Shown piece after piece: positions 18,143 through 27,781 of a stretch of 62,779 nucleotides of DNA; the stretch's first letter is position 1, and each line of letters begins with the position of its first letter. The notes below the pieces were generated by a model. It worked only from the letters and a program-made list of their open reading frames with translations. It had not been told where the DNA came from and ran no database searches. A program made the position numbers and the translations under genes. Location of the stretch: NCBI GenBank assembly GCA_964540055.1, contig CAZILC010000008.1:1-62779 (forward strand), given 5' to 3'. Origin of the DNA: an uncultured Gammaproteobacteria bacterium (lineage in GTDB: Bacteria; Patescibacteriota; Microgenomatia; Levybacterales; UBA12049).

Positions 18143-19489
18143 CTAATATTGTGAACATGATTGTCCTGAAGGACAACCATTTGAATTGCAGTGACCATTT
18201 TTTGCTTGGCAGAGTTTCGTATCAAAACAGGAACCGGGAGCGCACATTGGTACGTTATTATTGGCACTTCCTCCACCCGGTCCGAATCCTGGAATTTTTA
18301 GAATATCAAATCCAATCAGCTGCAGAAATACGAAGGAGAAAATAAGAAAGACAAGACCGACTATTGCCGCAACAAGCTGCTCTCTGGCATTATTAAGCTT
18401 TTCCGGATTACCTTGGGCGGTCATCATTTGATACCCTGCTTTAATAATCAAGAGCAACGCAATACCACCTGAGACACTAAGAAGTACAGCAAATATTTTT
18501 TCGATAAAACCGCTGGGACTGGTGGAGAAAGCTCCAAAAGTTGACCCGAAAGTAAGGCACACGCCATTATTCCAAGTCAAACAGGGTGGTGATGGGGGTG
18601 GAGGAAGGGTGGGAGGTACGACAGGCTGACAATCCGCGCCCTTGACTTGCTGATTAGCAAAATCGTGTGAATACTGATCTCCTTTCACACACACTTTTGA
18701 GCCGCAGTCGAAATCCTGTTCATCAGGTTGACCTTGCTGGTTTTTTACTCCCGCTCCTGCAGAGCAATGGACGGTATTTTTATCTTTGCAGGTGCAGGTT
18801 GAAGAATTAATACATTCTACACCTCCTGGTGAAGCAGGATTATTTTGACAATAATCTTCGAGATTGCCACAAGAACCACTTTTGCTTTTGTCTGCACATG
18901 TCCAGGAATTATTACCTTGACCAGCTTTGCCATGGGTACCAGCTACGCCTTTTGTACCGTCGCATTTACATGTTTCCTGACAATCAGCTCCGGATATGTT
19001 TTCTCCAAATGATACATGTACCAGATTAGGGCCTGTTGCACATACTTTGTCCGTGCCGCAATCTTTGGCTTGTACTTCATGAGTTAAGTTATTGGTACAT
19101 TTAATTTCTGTATTCTGTCCGCTGCTATTAGGCTTGTCGCATATACATTCTATAGCTTTTTTGCCATTGCTGGCTGTACCTAATTGACATTCGACTCCTA
19201 CATATTTGGTAATCGTTCCGCCTCCTCTGCCTACTGCAGTGTCTTGATGAATTAAATTACCGGCTTTAGTATCACAAGACATTGTTTCATTGGGGCAATA
19301 AGCGTGGTAACTTCCGCATGTGTAGCCATTATTTTTTGCACCAATTTGACCTTCTTTATCACAATGACATTGTACCGTGTTTATATTTGTTGTTTGTGCG
19401 TGTATCACTTGGTTGAAATTAAGCGGGATCTGCAGGAGAAAAAATAGTGAGAAAATAAAGGCAAGAGGGAAAATTAAATACTTTTTCAC
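18143..19489 (-). CDS. secreted cysteine-rich protein fused to a C-terminal two-TM T4SS-pilin-like domain
   Basis: Signal peptide ending HAQ, then a ~270-aa Cys-rich region, a PPTLPPPPSPP linker and a pilin-like domain. That domain, IALLLIIKAGYQMMTAQGNPEKL...FVFLQLIGFDILKIPGF, is paralogous to ORF 27782. Confidence 0.6.
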   Translation of the reverse strand: MKKYLIFPLAFIFSLFFLLQIPLNFNQVIHAQTTNINTVQCHCDKEGQIGAKNNGYTCGSYHAYCPNETMSCDTKAGNLIHQDTAVGRGGGTITKYVGVECQLGTASNGKKAIECICDKPNSSGQNTEIKCTNNLTHEVQAKDCGTDKVCATGPNLVHVSFGENISGADCQETCKCDGTKGVAGTHGKAGQGNNSWTCADKSKSGSCGNLEDYCQNNPASPGGVECINSSTCTCKDKNTVHCSAGAGVKNQQGQPDEQDFDCGSKVCVKGDQYSHDFANQQVKGADCQPVVPPTLPPPPSPPCLTWNNGVCLTFGSTFGAFSTSPSGFIEKIFAVLLSVSGGIALLLIIKAGYQMMTAQGNPEKLNNAREQLVAAIVGLVFLIFSFVFLQLIGFDILKIPGFGPGGGSANNNVPMCAPGSCFDTKLCQAKNGHCNSNGCPSGQSCSQY

Positions 19490-19530
19490 ATCTTCAGCAT
19501 GGCAAAAAACATGAGTAAATGCAAGAGATT

Positions 19531-20262
19531 TTATTTCTTAACGAAGAGGATTAAGCTTACAATTAGTAATATTGCTGCCAATCCATAGAATAGGTAAGCG
19601 GATTTTCGCTCCGAGCTTACCAGTTGATCTTTTGATAATGGTGAAAGAACAAGTGGATAGTCATTCGTTTTTTCAAAAAACTTTTGTTCACCTTCCATAA
19701 TGAGTTCACCAAATACGTTCAAAGTTGATCCGGTAAATATCGTTTTTTCAGTCACCCGTTCTCTGTTTTTGCTGGCAATATTGGTCATCTGAATTGCGGC
19801 TGCAAGGATTTTCATACCGGTTGATTTGGCATTATCGATTGTTCCGGGTTGCAAAAATTGTTGTGTACGATAAATGCCATTAACTTCACAGTTTTCAGGT
19901 TTGATAAGCACTTTGCTCCCTTTGGTATCTTGTAAATAAAAAGGGATTGACTGATGTTCAGGTGAGCCAACTGTTTGCCATTTCCATGTAGTATTGCCCT
20001 TATCATCAGTAGTTTCAACTTCACGTTCTAAAATATAGTCATAGTAGACGCACGGTTTTTGAGTAACAGGTGAGATAAGTGGTTGATCGGCACTTACTGT
20101 TCCTGTGGCTACGACAGGCATGCCAAAGGGGATACCCGTTAAAGAATCTACAGGGACAAATCGTGAGAGATTATTTGATTCACTTGTTTTACGAGACCCA
20201 AAATAAATCATGATGGCGCTCGTTATAGCTAAAGCAATACCCAACAGTATCCCAAAACTCAT
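19531..20262 (-). CDS. two-TM membrane protein (possibly GIDE-like)
   Basis: N- and C-terminal TM helices flank a ~190-aa domain. The resemblance to the GIDE family comes from memory only. Confidence 0.35.
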   Translation of the reverse strand: MSFGILLGIALAITSAIMIYFGSRKTSESNNLSRFVPVDSLTGIPFGMPVVATGTVSADQPLISPVTQKPCVYYDYILEREVETTDDKGNTTWKWQTVGSPEHQSIPFYLQDTKGSKVLIKPENCEVNGIYRTQQFLQPGTIDNAKSTGMKILAAAIQMTNIASKNRERVTEKTIFTGSTLNVFGELIMEGEQKFFEKTNDYPLVLSPLSKDQLVSSERKSAYLFYGLAAILLIVSLILFVKK

Positions 20263-20319
20263 ATTAATCTCAATTATTGACTAATTACCAAGCAATTACA
20301 AATATTTCATAATAAATCC

Positions 20320-20348
20320 TTGACAAGGTTTGGCACTCGTGTTATATT
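20320..20348 (+). promoter_or_regulatory. near-consensus sigma70 promoter of the hrcA-grpE-dnaK operon
   Basis: TTGACA (20320-20325), a 17-nt spacer, then TATATT (20343-20348). Confidence 0.6.
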
Positions 20349-20356
20349 ATTGCTAA
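20330..20356 (+). promoter_or_regulatory. CIRCE-like HrcA operator (degenerate)
   Basis: TTGGCACTC-N9-TATTGCTAA compared with the consensus TTAGCACTC-N9-GAGTGCTAA (8/9 and 7/9 matches). It overlaps the promoter spacer and the -10. Confidence 0.6.
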
Positions 20357-20385
20357 TCCGATTTGCTCACGGATTACAAGAGCTA

Positions 20386-21117
20386 ATGCATAATTTAACG
20401 CAGCGGCAAGTCGAGATACTTCGAAGCGTTATCGAAGAATATATCGACACTGCTGAACCGGTTGGATCCGAAACAATTGAAAAAAAGCACAATTTGAGTG
20501 CAAGTCCTGCAACTATTCGTAATGAAATGGTCAAGTTGTCTGAATACGGATATCTTAAAAAACCGCATTCATCGGCAGGGCGTATTCCGACCGCAATGGG
20601 AATGAAATTCTATGTTCGGGAGCTCATGAAAGAAAAAGAGCTCTCAACAGTTGAAGAAGTTGCATTGAAAGAAAAAGTGTGGGATTACAGAGAGCGAATG
20701 CAGCGTTTTCTTAAAGAAGCGACACGATCGCTTGCTGAAAAGACAAATACGCTCGCAATCGCAACAACAGATGAAGGGGAGATGTATTGTTCAGGATATG
20801 CAAATATCCTTGAAATGCCGGAGTTCTTTGATATAGATGTGACCAAGACACTTCTTGAAGCACTTGATGAATATGATAGTTTTGCAAGTATCTTCACAAA
20901 TACACAAGAAGATGAAGATATTCATGTGCTGATTGAGGATGAATTGAGTGGCAGTCTTCGTGGACCATACGGTTTTATTTTTACCGAATACACGACGCCT
21001 TTGAATGTAAGTGGCCGGATTGGTGTGCTTGGACCTGCACGGTTGCACTACACATCTATCATCCCAACAGTCCGCTATTTTGCGGATCTTATTAAAACAA
21101 GTGCCAAAGGATGGTAA
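20386..21117 (+). CDS. hrcA: heat-inducible transcription repressor HrcA
   Basis: The protein starts MHNLTQRQVEILRSVIEEYIDTAEPVGSETI (wHTH). It sits in the position of the classic hrcA-grpE-dnaK operon. Confidence 0.9.
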   Translation: MHNLTQRQVEILRSVIEEYIDTAEPVGSETIEKKHNLSASPATIRNEMVKLSEYGYLKKPHSSAGRIPTAMGMKFYVRELMKEKELSTVEEVALKEKVWDYRERMQRFLKEATRSLAEKTNTLAIATTDEGEMYCSGYANILEMPEFFDIDVTKTLLEALDEYDSFASIFTNTQEDEDIHVLIEDELSGSLRGPYGFIFTEYTTPLNVSGRIGVLGPARLHYTSIIPTVRYFADLIKTSAKGW

Positions 21118-21129
21118 AATAGATTAACA

Positions 21130-21642
21130 ATGAAAGAAAGAGACGACAAGAAAAGAAACGAAAGCGAACAAGCAAAAGTTGAAGAAGTTTTTAACGAACT
21201 TGAAGCGTTAAAAAAGCAGGTTGAAGAATTTGAAAATAACTATAAAAGAGCACTCGCTGATTATCAGAATTTGCAAAAGCGTGTCCAGGAAGAAAAAAGT
21301 GAGTGGATCCGATCGGGAAACAAAGAACTTATCTTGAGAATTTTACCGGTTTTGGATACACTAATGTTGGCTCAACAGCATATAGAAGATCAGGGACTAA
21401 AAGTTAGTGTTCAACAATTTCTTGATATTTTGAAATCCGAAGGGGTTACCAAAATAGAAACTGTTGGCCACGAATTTGATCCCAATCAAATGGAGTGTGT
21501 CACAACTGAACCAGGTGAAAAAAATAAAGTGTTACAAGAAATTCGGGCAGGATTTATGCAGTACGAAAGAGTACTGAGACCAGCACAAGTAACCGTTGGA
21601 AGAGGAAAAGAGAATAATGTATTTGAAAACGGTAAAAAATAA
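21130..21642 (+). CDS. grpE: nucleotide exchange factor GrpE
   Basis: Coiled-coil N-terminus and the GrpE core (ALADYQNLQKR, LPVLDTL, RPAQV). Confidence 0.9.
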   Translation: MKERDDKKRNESEQAKVEEVFNELEALKKQVEEFENNYKRALADYQNLQKRVQEEKSEWIRSGNKELILRILPVLDTLMLAQQHIEDQGLKVSVQQFLDILKSEGVTKIETVGHEFDPNQMECVTTEPGEKNKVLQEIRAGFMQYERVLRPAQVTVGRGKENNVFENGKK

Positions 21643-21658
21643 TATTTAATATAAAGCT

Positions 21659-23575
21659 ATGGGAAAAATAATTGGTATTGATTTAGGAACAACAAATTCA
21701 TGTGTAGCCGTGATGGAAGGTGGCTCACCAAAAGTGATTCACTCCGCCGAAGGACGAAACACCATTCCATCGGTTGCTGATCCAAAGACGCATGTCGTTG
21801 GCGATGTCGCGAAAAGACAATTGGTTCTCAAACCAAAAGAATCCATCTTTTCAATCAAGCGCCTCATGGGGAAGAAATTCAAAGATCCGACCGTTCAGGA
21901 GGACATCAAATGGCTTCCGTACACAATCAAATCAGGCCGTGATGATATGGCGGTTGTTGAAGTTGACGGTAAGACCTATACCCCACAGGAGATTAGCGCG
22001 ATGATTCTGCAAAAGATCAAAGCTGATGCTGAGGCATATCTTGGAGAAAAAGTTACTCAGGCTGTTATTACTGTTCCGGCGTATTTTGATGACAGTGAAC
22101 GTCAGGCTACCAAGCAGGCCGGTGAGATTGCAGGGCTTGAAGTGTTACGTATTATTAATGAACCGACAGCAGCTGCTTTGGCATATGGTTTGGATAAAAA
22201 GAATGCCCACACGATTGCAGTTTATGACCTTGGTGGTGGAACATTTGATATCTCTATTCTTGAACTCGGAGAAGGCGTTTACGAAGTAAAATCAACCAAT
22301 GGTGATACCCATCTTGGCGGAGATGATTTTGATAAGAAAATTATTGATTATATCGCTGAAGAGTTCAAAAAAGAAAATGATGTCGATCTTCGAAAAGATC
22401 CACAGGCTCTGCAGCGCTTGAAAGAATCTGCTGAAAAAGCAAAGATTGAACTTTCAACCTCTCAGGAAGCACAAATCAATCAGCCTTTTATTACACAAGG
22501 TAAAGACGGTCCACTGCATTTGACGATGACATTAACCCGCGCAAAACTTGAACAGATCGTTGATGGGTTGATTCAGGATTCTCTCAAACCGGTAGAAAAA
22601 GCATTGAAGGATGCCGGCAAAAAAGTTGGGGATATCGATGAAGTCATACTCGTTGGAGGTATGACACGCATGCCAAAAGTTGTTTCGGAGGTTACCAAAT
22701 TCTTCGGTAAAGAGGCTAACCGATCTGTTAATCCTGACGAAGTTGTTGCAATCGGAGCAGCAGTTCAAGCTGGAGTTCTGGGTGGAGAAGTAAAAGATGT
22801 GTTGCTTTTGGATGTGACACCTTTGACATTGGGGCTTGAAACACTTGGTGGCGTTTCAACACCTTTAATCAACCGTAACACAACAATTCCAACTTCCAAA
22901 TCACAAGTTTTCTCAACAGCTGCAGATAATCAAACTCAGGTTGAAATCAATGTTCTCCAGGGTGAGCGGCCAATGGCAGCTGATAACAAATCACTCGGCC
23001 GATTTATCCTAGACGGCATTCCTCCTGCACCACGCGGTGTTCCACAGGTTGAGGTAACATTTGATATTGATGCAAGCGGTATTGTAAGTGTTAAAGCAAA
23101 AGACAAAGCCTCAGGCAAGGAGCAAAGTATCAAGATCACGGGCTCAACAGGACTTTCCAAAGAAGAGGTAGAGAAGATGACCAAAGATGCAGAAGTTCAT
23201 GCAAAAGAAGATGAAGAGAAAAAAGACAAAATTGAAGCTCGCAATCATGCTGATGCACTAATCTTTACCGCAGAAAAAGCACTCAAAGATGGTGGCGATA
23301 AAGTGCCAGCAGATATTAAGTCTGATGTTGAAGGGAAAATAAAAGATCTGAAAGATATTTTGGACAGTGGGAGTAAAGAAGAAATAGAAACTAAGACAAA
23401 AGAGCTCTCAGATACTCTTCAAAAGATCGGCGAAGCAGCATACCAACAAGGCCAGCAGGCACAATCTCAGGAAGAAATTGAGAAAGAAGAAAAAGAAGGT
23501 AAGACTGAGGATGGGGAAGAAAAGAAAGACAAAAAAGACGACGAAAAACCTGTTGAAGGTGAAGTGGTAGAGTAA
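21659..23575 (+). CDS. dnaK: molecular chaperone DnaK (Hsp70)
   Basis: Canonical Hsp70 signatures are [18 protein letters not shown] and [11 protein letters not shown]. The tail is acidic/Lys-rich. Confidence 0.97.
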   Translation: MGKIIGIDLGTTNSCVAVMEGGSPKVIHSAEGRNTIPSVADPKTHVVGDVAKRQLVLKPKESIFSIKRLMGKKFKDPTVQEDIKWLPYTIKSGRDDMAVVEVDGKTYTPQEISAMILQKIKADAEAYLGEKVTQAVITVPAYFDDSERQATKQAGEIAGLEVLRIINEPTAAALAYGLDKKNAHTIAVYDLGGGTFDISILELGEGVYEVKSTNGDTHLGGDDFDKKIIDYIAEEFKKENDVDLRKDPQALQRLKESAEKAKIELSTSQEAQINQPFITQGKDGPLHLTMTLTRAKLEQIVDGLIQDSLKPVEKALKDAGKKVGDIDEVILVGGMTRMPKVVSEVTKFFGKEANRSVNPDEVVAIGAAVQAGVLGGEVKDVLLLDVTPLTLGLETLGGVSTPLINRNTTIPTSKSQVFSTAADNQTQVEINVLQGERPMAADNKSLGRFILDGIPPAPRGVPQVEVTFDIDASGIVSVKAKDKASGKEQSIKITGSTGLSKEEVEKMTKDAEVHAKEDEEKKDKIEARNHADALIFTAEKALKDGGDKVPADIKSDVEGKIKDLKDILDSGSKEEIETKTKELSDTLQKIGEAAYQQGQQAQSQEEIEKEEKEGKTEDGEEKKDKKDDEKPVEGEVVE

Positions 23576-23591
23576 TAATTCCTCACATTTT

Positions 23592-24242
23592 CTATACAGG
23601 TGCTAAATTGCCAGCAACAAACTCCTGAAATTTTGGTATATGAAAGACTCCATGCGTATTGAGTGTATGGGCCCATGCCTTGCCGCGTTCTTGACGAGAT
23701 GGGGTTGGATAAACCTCATGATCTATATGTGACATTGCTTCCTGTGCTCCTGCCATCCAACTAAGTTCAGGAGGGACTATTTCATCCTCTACACCTCGAA
23801 AATGAAGAAAACGCTGATGGGTACTTCCCAAATGGTCGCGCACATCTTTGTCATATCTTCTTTTTAATCCCCACAAAGCAGGAATTGCTGTTTCAATGGC
23901 TCGAAGTTTTGGAGTGTTTTCACGAAATTTTGGCCATTGCAAAGGAGATGCTGATGTAACAATTCTCTGTACAGAAGGATAATTGAATCCTGCAACTATA
24001 GCTAGAAGTCCACCCGCGCTTGGACCGTATAGTACTGTTGGTTGCCATTCATGTAAAAATCTTTGAACTCTTGCGACCTTGTTTTTGGCTCTTTCTCCGG
24101 TAGTCCATCCTCCATCAACGCTGATAACATGAAAACCGGCATCAACGAGTGGTTTAGCACTTCGATTCAAATCCTCTTTTTTGTCGCCAATGCCGCCAAT
24201 AATTCCGACACGAACGTCCCGTTCCAAATTTGCCACCGCCAT
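23592..24242 (-). CDS. alpha/beta-hydrolase-fold protein
   Basis: Nucleophile-elbow-like YGPSAGG and later GVEDEIVP. I prefer the internal start at 24242 over 24371, which would overlap the divergent ATG in a CATG. Confidence 0.5.
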   Translation of the reverse strand: MAVANLERDVRVGIIGGIGDKKEDLNRSAKPLVDAGFHVISVDGGWTTGERAKNKVARVQRFLHEWQPTVLYGPSAGGLLAIVAGFNYPSVQRIVTSASPLQWPKFRENTPKLRAIETAIPALWGLKRRYDKDVRDHLGSTHQRFLHFRGVEDEIVPPELSWMAGAQEAMSHIDHEVYPTPSRQERGKAWAHTLNTHGVFHIPKFQEFVAGNLAPV

Positions 24243-24369
24243 GGTATTTTGCTCACTAAATACAAGCTCAGTATACTCTTTTACCTTTTTTGTTGCAATG
24301 TAACCAAGATTGCAATATTTTCTTTGATATGATATATCCCAATTAGGCGTTTGCAGACATAGTGAGCTC

Positions 24370-25266
24370 ATGATTACTGCAGAAAATTTATTGGCAAATT
24401 ATAAAGTTGTACATGGTGATCCCGCTAATGTACATGGATTAATGACAGCAGTCGATCTTCATCGTCATAGTGGCGGTGGAGGTGATACAACAGCAACTCG
24501 ATGGCAAGTTTTTAGTACACTTGCCAGGCAAGGTGTAGATGTAGCGATAACTAATCACAACCAGTTAGGACATGCTGCAGCTTCAAGATCACGAGATCTT
24601 TTACATCGAGTAACTGGAAAATTTGTTGATATTTATGATGGCGTAGAACTTACCGCAAAATCGCATTTGTCCGGTCGTGATGTACATGTTTTAGTTTATA
24701 AAGCTCCTAAGCCCCGTAAGTTGAAAGCATTTGCTCCGCTTCCTCAATTGCTTGCTCAAATTGCAGATCAAGGTGGATTTGCATTTTTAGCACATCCTGA
24801 GTTGGGAGAAAATATGTCAGTGACACAAGCTGAAGTAGAAGATTTAGCAGAAAGAGGACTCCCGTTTGGGATTGAAGCTCATAATGGTGGAGCTGCACAA
24901 ATAGAAGCATGGTTGCCTATGGTTGATGCTAGAACAAATAATCCTCTCTTTTCATTTATCCGAAAAAGGTTACCGCAAAGTGGATCAAACGGTAGAGCAA
25001 AAGAAATGGCTGTTACTTATGAAGTACCTGTTTCTGGTGGAACTGATTTACATGGGGGAGGCAAAAGTTTTGTATTAACCTGTGCTCCAGCAGGAATCCC
25101 ATTGTTTGAAGCAATTACCACTGGTCGGAGTGTTATCGTTGAAAGTAAAGTTATTCCAAAACCGCAAGCACATGAATTAGTACTAGGAACTATTGGCAGT
25201 CGATTTTCTTCTTGGAGAATGGATAGACGAGTTACCAGATTACAAAGAGGATTGGCCACTGCTTAA
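24370..25266 (+). CDS. PHP-domain metal-dependent phosphoesterase
   Basis: PHP motifs are present: VDLHRHSGGGGD, LAHPE, GIEAHNGG and GGTDLHGG. Confidence 0.6.
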   Translation: MITAENLLANYKVVHGDPANVHGLMTAVDLHRHSGGGGDTTATRWQVFSTLARQGVDVAITNHNQLGHAAASRSRDLLHRVTGKFVDIYDGVELTAKSHLSGRDVHVLVYKAPKPRKLKAFAPLPQLLAQIADQGGFAFLAHPELGENMSVTQAEVEDLAERGLPFGIEAHNGGAAQIEAWLPMVDARTNNPLFSFIRKRLPQSGSNGRAKEMAVTYEVPVSGGTDLHGGGKSFVLTCAPAGIPLFEAITTGRSVIVESKVIPKPQAHELVLGTIGSRFSSWRMDRRVTRLQRGLATA

Positions 25267-25307
25267 CACGATTTTTATTAGCAGAACTAGCTTTGAAATG
25301 CTATTAT

Positions 25308-25316
25308 TGCTATAAT
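25308..25316 (+). promoter_or_regulatory. extended -10 element (TGcTATAAT) 6 nt upstream of the dnaJ ATG
   Basis: TGC is at 25308-25310 and TATAAT at 25311-25316; the ATG is at 25323. Confidence 0.45.
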
Positions 25317-25322
25317 AAAAGC

Positions 25323-26231
25323 ATGGCAGATTCGAATGATTATTATGATATTCTGGGTGTGGGGAAATCTTCGACGCAAGCGGAGATAAAGAGTGCGTAT
25401 CGCAAATTGGCGCTGCAGTATCATCCGGACCGCAATAAAACCAAGGAAGCTGAGGAAAAATTCAAAGAAGTAACCAAAGCGTATGAAGTTTTGGGCAACG
25501 AAGAAAAGCGAAAACAATATGATCAATTCGGTGCTGCAGCTTTTGAGCAAGGTGCTGGTCAGGGACCTTTCGGCGGAGCAGGGGGACCGTTTGGTGGATT
25601 CGGCGGTCAGCAGGGAGGCCAATATGGTCCGTTTACCTACACCTATTCGACAAATGGGCAGGGCTTTGACTTCGGAGGATTCTCAGATCCTTTTGAAATT
25701 TTTGAACAATTCTTTGGCGGCGGAGCCGCGAGGCCGAGACGACCTGTCTATTCGATAACGATTAGTTTTAAAGAAGCAGTAAATGGCATAGAAAAGGAAG
25801 TAACAATTGATGGGAAAAATCAAAAAATTAAAATTCCCGCAGGAGTGGATCGGGGATCCCGGATCCGCTTTACCGATTATGATGTCATAGTTGATGTGAT
25901 GCCTGACAGCAAATTCGCTCGAGAAGGCTACGATATCATTACTGAGGAAGATTTGTCATTTCCTGATGTCTCTCTGGGAAAAGAACTCACAGTTGAAACC
26001 ATTGACGGGTCGGTCAAAATTCGGGTTCCTGCAGGAACGCAGCCAAACACACTGATCAGGCTGTCAGGACGGGGTGTCAGGCGTGTCAGAGGAACCGGTC
26101 GGGGAGATCATTATGTGAAGATCAAAGTAACTGTTCCTAAAAAATTATCCCACAAAGAAAAAAGTCTTCTTGAAGAATTGCAAAAAGAACAGTCAGACGC
26201 ATCTGATGAAAAGAAGAGTAAGTGGTTCTAG
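25323..26231 (+). CDS. dnaJ: J-domain co-chaperone lacking the zinc-finger domain (CbpA/type-II DnaJ-like)
   Basis: J domain (DYYDILGV...HPDRN), a G/F-rich region and C-terminal substrate-binding domains. The protein contains no cysteine residue at all. Confidence 0.85.
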   Translation: MADSNDYYDILGVGKSSTQAEIKSAYRKLALQYHPDRNKTKEAEEKFKEVTKAYEVLGNEEKRKQYDQFGAAAFEQGAGQGPFGGAGGPFGGFGGQQGGQYGPFTYTYSTNGQGFDFGGFSDPFEIFEQFFGGGAARPRRPVYSITISFKEAVNGIEKEVTIDGKNQKIKIPAGVDRGSRIRFTDYDVIVDVMPDSKFAREGYDIITEEDLSFPDVSLGKELTVETIDGSVKIRVPAGTQPNTLIRLSGRGVRRVRGTGRGDHYVKIKVTVPKKLSHKEKSLLEELQKEQSDASDEKKSKWF

Positions 26232-26250
26232 AGTATTGTATACTCAATAC

Positions 26251-27732
26251 ATGACTTCAAGTCAGAAAAGTTTGTCATTACTTATTGGAATTGTAATTCT
26301 TTTTTTTCTTCTTCGAACCATAAATCTCACCATACTTCCAATATTCAACGATGAATCAACCTATATCCGTTTTGGTTTACATCAACTGAATGAGCCTGAC
26401 CATAAGCCGTATTCACTTCTTATCGGAAAAGAGCCGCTGCTTCCCTATCTCTACGCTCTTTTTGGGACAGGTTTTGGAAATTTGCTAGTTGGTGCTCGAT
26501 TGGTGACAATTTTTTTTGGTTTACTAACACTGACAGGCTTATATCTTTATACAAAAACATTTATCGGCGAAGGCGCAGCTTTTTTCACTAGCCTTTTTTA
26601 TTGTCTCGTTCCTTATACTGTTTTTTTCGACCGGTTAGCCATTATGGATAGTGCGGTTAGTACTGTAGCCGTTTGGTCATTATATTTCACCCAACTGTTA
26701 CTCAAAAAATCTCTTTGGTGGTATGCGTTGGGTCTTGGCGCAGTGATGGGGATCGGGATGTGGGTCAAGACATCGGACTTATTTTTTCTTTTTTTGCCGC
26801 TGATTAGTTATGGAATACATTTCTCAAAAGATGATGAGGTTTACACCAAGGCTAAAATGTTGGTCAGCGCTCTGTTTCTTGCGCTTTTCATTTTTGTTCC
26901 GCTTTTCTCAAATCCTTTCTATACAGTACATATGCAACTTTTACAACAATATACCTACCCAATTTATTCTGTATTTTTATTTCCGTTTTCAGTGTGGTGG
27001 AATAATTTTGTGAGTGTCGTCGAATGGCTCTTTTTTTATCTGACGCCGCCGTTATTTTTTCTTGCAATCGGATCAATTGTTCTTATTACCAAACAAAAAA
27101 AGTTCAGTCTTGTAATGCTTTGGTTTTACTTACCATTACTGTATGAAATTTTGTATGCCAAACTTTTTACCTCAAGGCATTTACTTCTTGTACTAGTTCC
27201 GTTATTAATTGCAGCAGGATATGGATTTTTTCTGCTTCTAAAGAAAAAGAAAACCTTTGGAATAATTTTGGGAGTTTGTATAGTGATCTGGTGCTTGTAT
27301 GACACAGAAGTTTTACTCACGTCTCCTCTGAAGTATCCATATGTTTTTGCCGATAGAGCACAGGTTGATGCAACACAATATGTCCACGGATTCTCATCAG
27401 GATATGGAGTAGATGAGGCAGTAGCATACTTACAACAACAAGCAACAGTGCAACCTATTATTGTTTTGATCCGAAATGATTTTGGCAATCCAGAGGATGC
27501 GATGGTTGCATATCTTGATTACAAACCCAATATCCGCGTTGTCCCAATGAACGATCCGGCAACTGATGTTCCGCTAGTTTTCCAAAAAGTCGGGACGAGT
27601 GTCCCTGTCTATTTTGTCGCGCGCGGTGGATACAATGCCGGGCTTGAAAAGTATTTTGCTTCGGAAAAAATATTTGCCAAACCAAATGATAAAGAATTCG
27701 TTGGAGTAGCCAGATTACAACCAGTAAAATAG
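26251..27732 (+). CDS. GT-C fold glycosyltransferase (ArnT/PMT-like), second paralogue
   Basis: Polytopic protein with a first-loop FNDESTY (DE motif) and a soluble C-terminal domain. Confidence 0.6.
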   Translation: MTSSQKSLSLLIGIVILFFLLRTINLTILPIFNDESTYIRFGLHQLNEPDHKPYSLLIGKEPLLPYLYALFGTGFGNLLVGARLVTIFFGLLTLTGLYLYTKTFIGEGAAFFTSLFYCLVPYTVFFDRLAIMDSAVSTVAVWSLYFTQLLLKKSLWWYALGLGAVMGIGMWVKTSDLFFLFLPLISYGIHFSKDDEVYTKAKMLVSALFLALFIFVPLFSNPFYTVHMQLLQQYTYPIYSVFLFPFSVWWNNFVSVVEWLFFYLTPPLFFLAIGSIVLITKQKKFSLVMLWFYLPLLYEILYAKLFTSRHLLLVLVPLLIAAGYGFFLLLKKKKTFGIILGVCIVIWCLYDTEVLLTSPLKYPYVFADRAQVDATQYVHGFSSGYGVDEAVAYLQQQATVQPIIVLIRNDFGNPEDAMVAYLDYKPNIRVVPMNDPATDVPLVFQKVGTSVPVYFVARGGYNAGLEKYFASEKIFAKPNDKEFVGVARLQPVK

Positions 27733-27781
27733 TCCCGTTTGCTATTTGATTTTTGCTCCTTTTCTATGCTACGGTTAAAGT

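Noticed and set aside
20320-20385. TTG-initiated N-terminal extensions of hrcA (20320), ORF 56013 and ORF 56956
   Set aside because: In all three cases the TTG is the first half of a TTGACA/TTGATT -35 hexamer of a well-spaced promoter. The conserved or sensible protein starts at the downstream ATG (20386, 56058, 57004).
24369-24372. Two divergent genes both starting in an overlapping CATG
   Set aside because: This would leave no promoter space for either gene. An in-frame ATG at 24242 gives the minus-strand hydrolase a plausible start immediately before its conserved core, so I adopted the shorter model. The choice remains uncertain.
25279-25310. CIRCE-like sequence upstream of dnaJ (TTAGCAGAA-N9-AAATGCTAT)
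   Set aside because: Only about 6/9 and 5/9 matches to the half-sites and poor dyad symmetry. This is not distinguishable from chance in AT-rich DNA.
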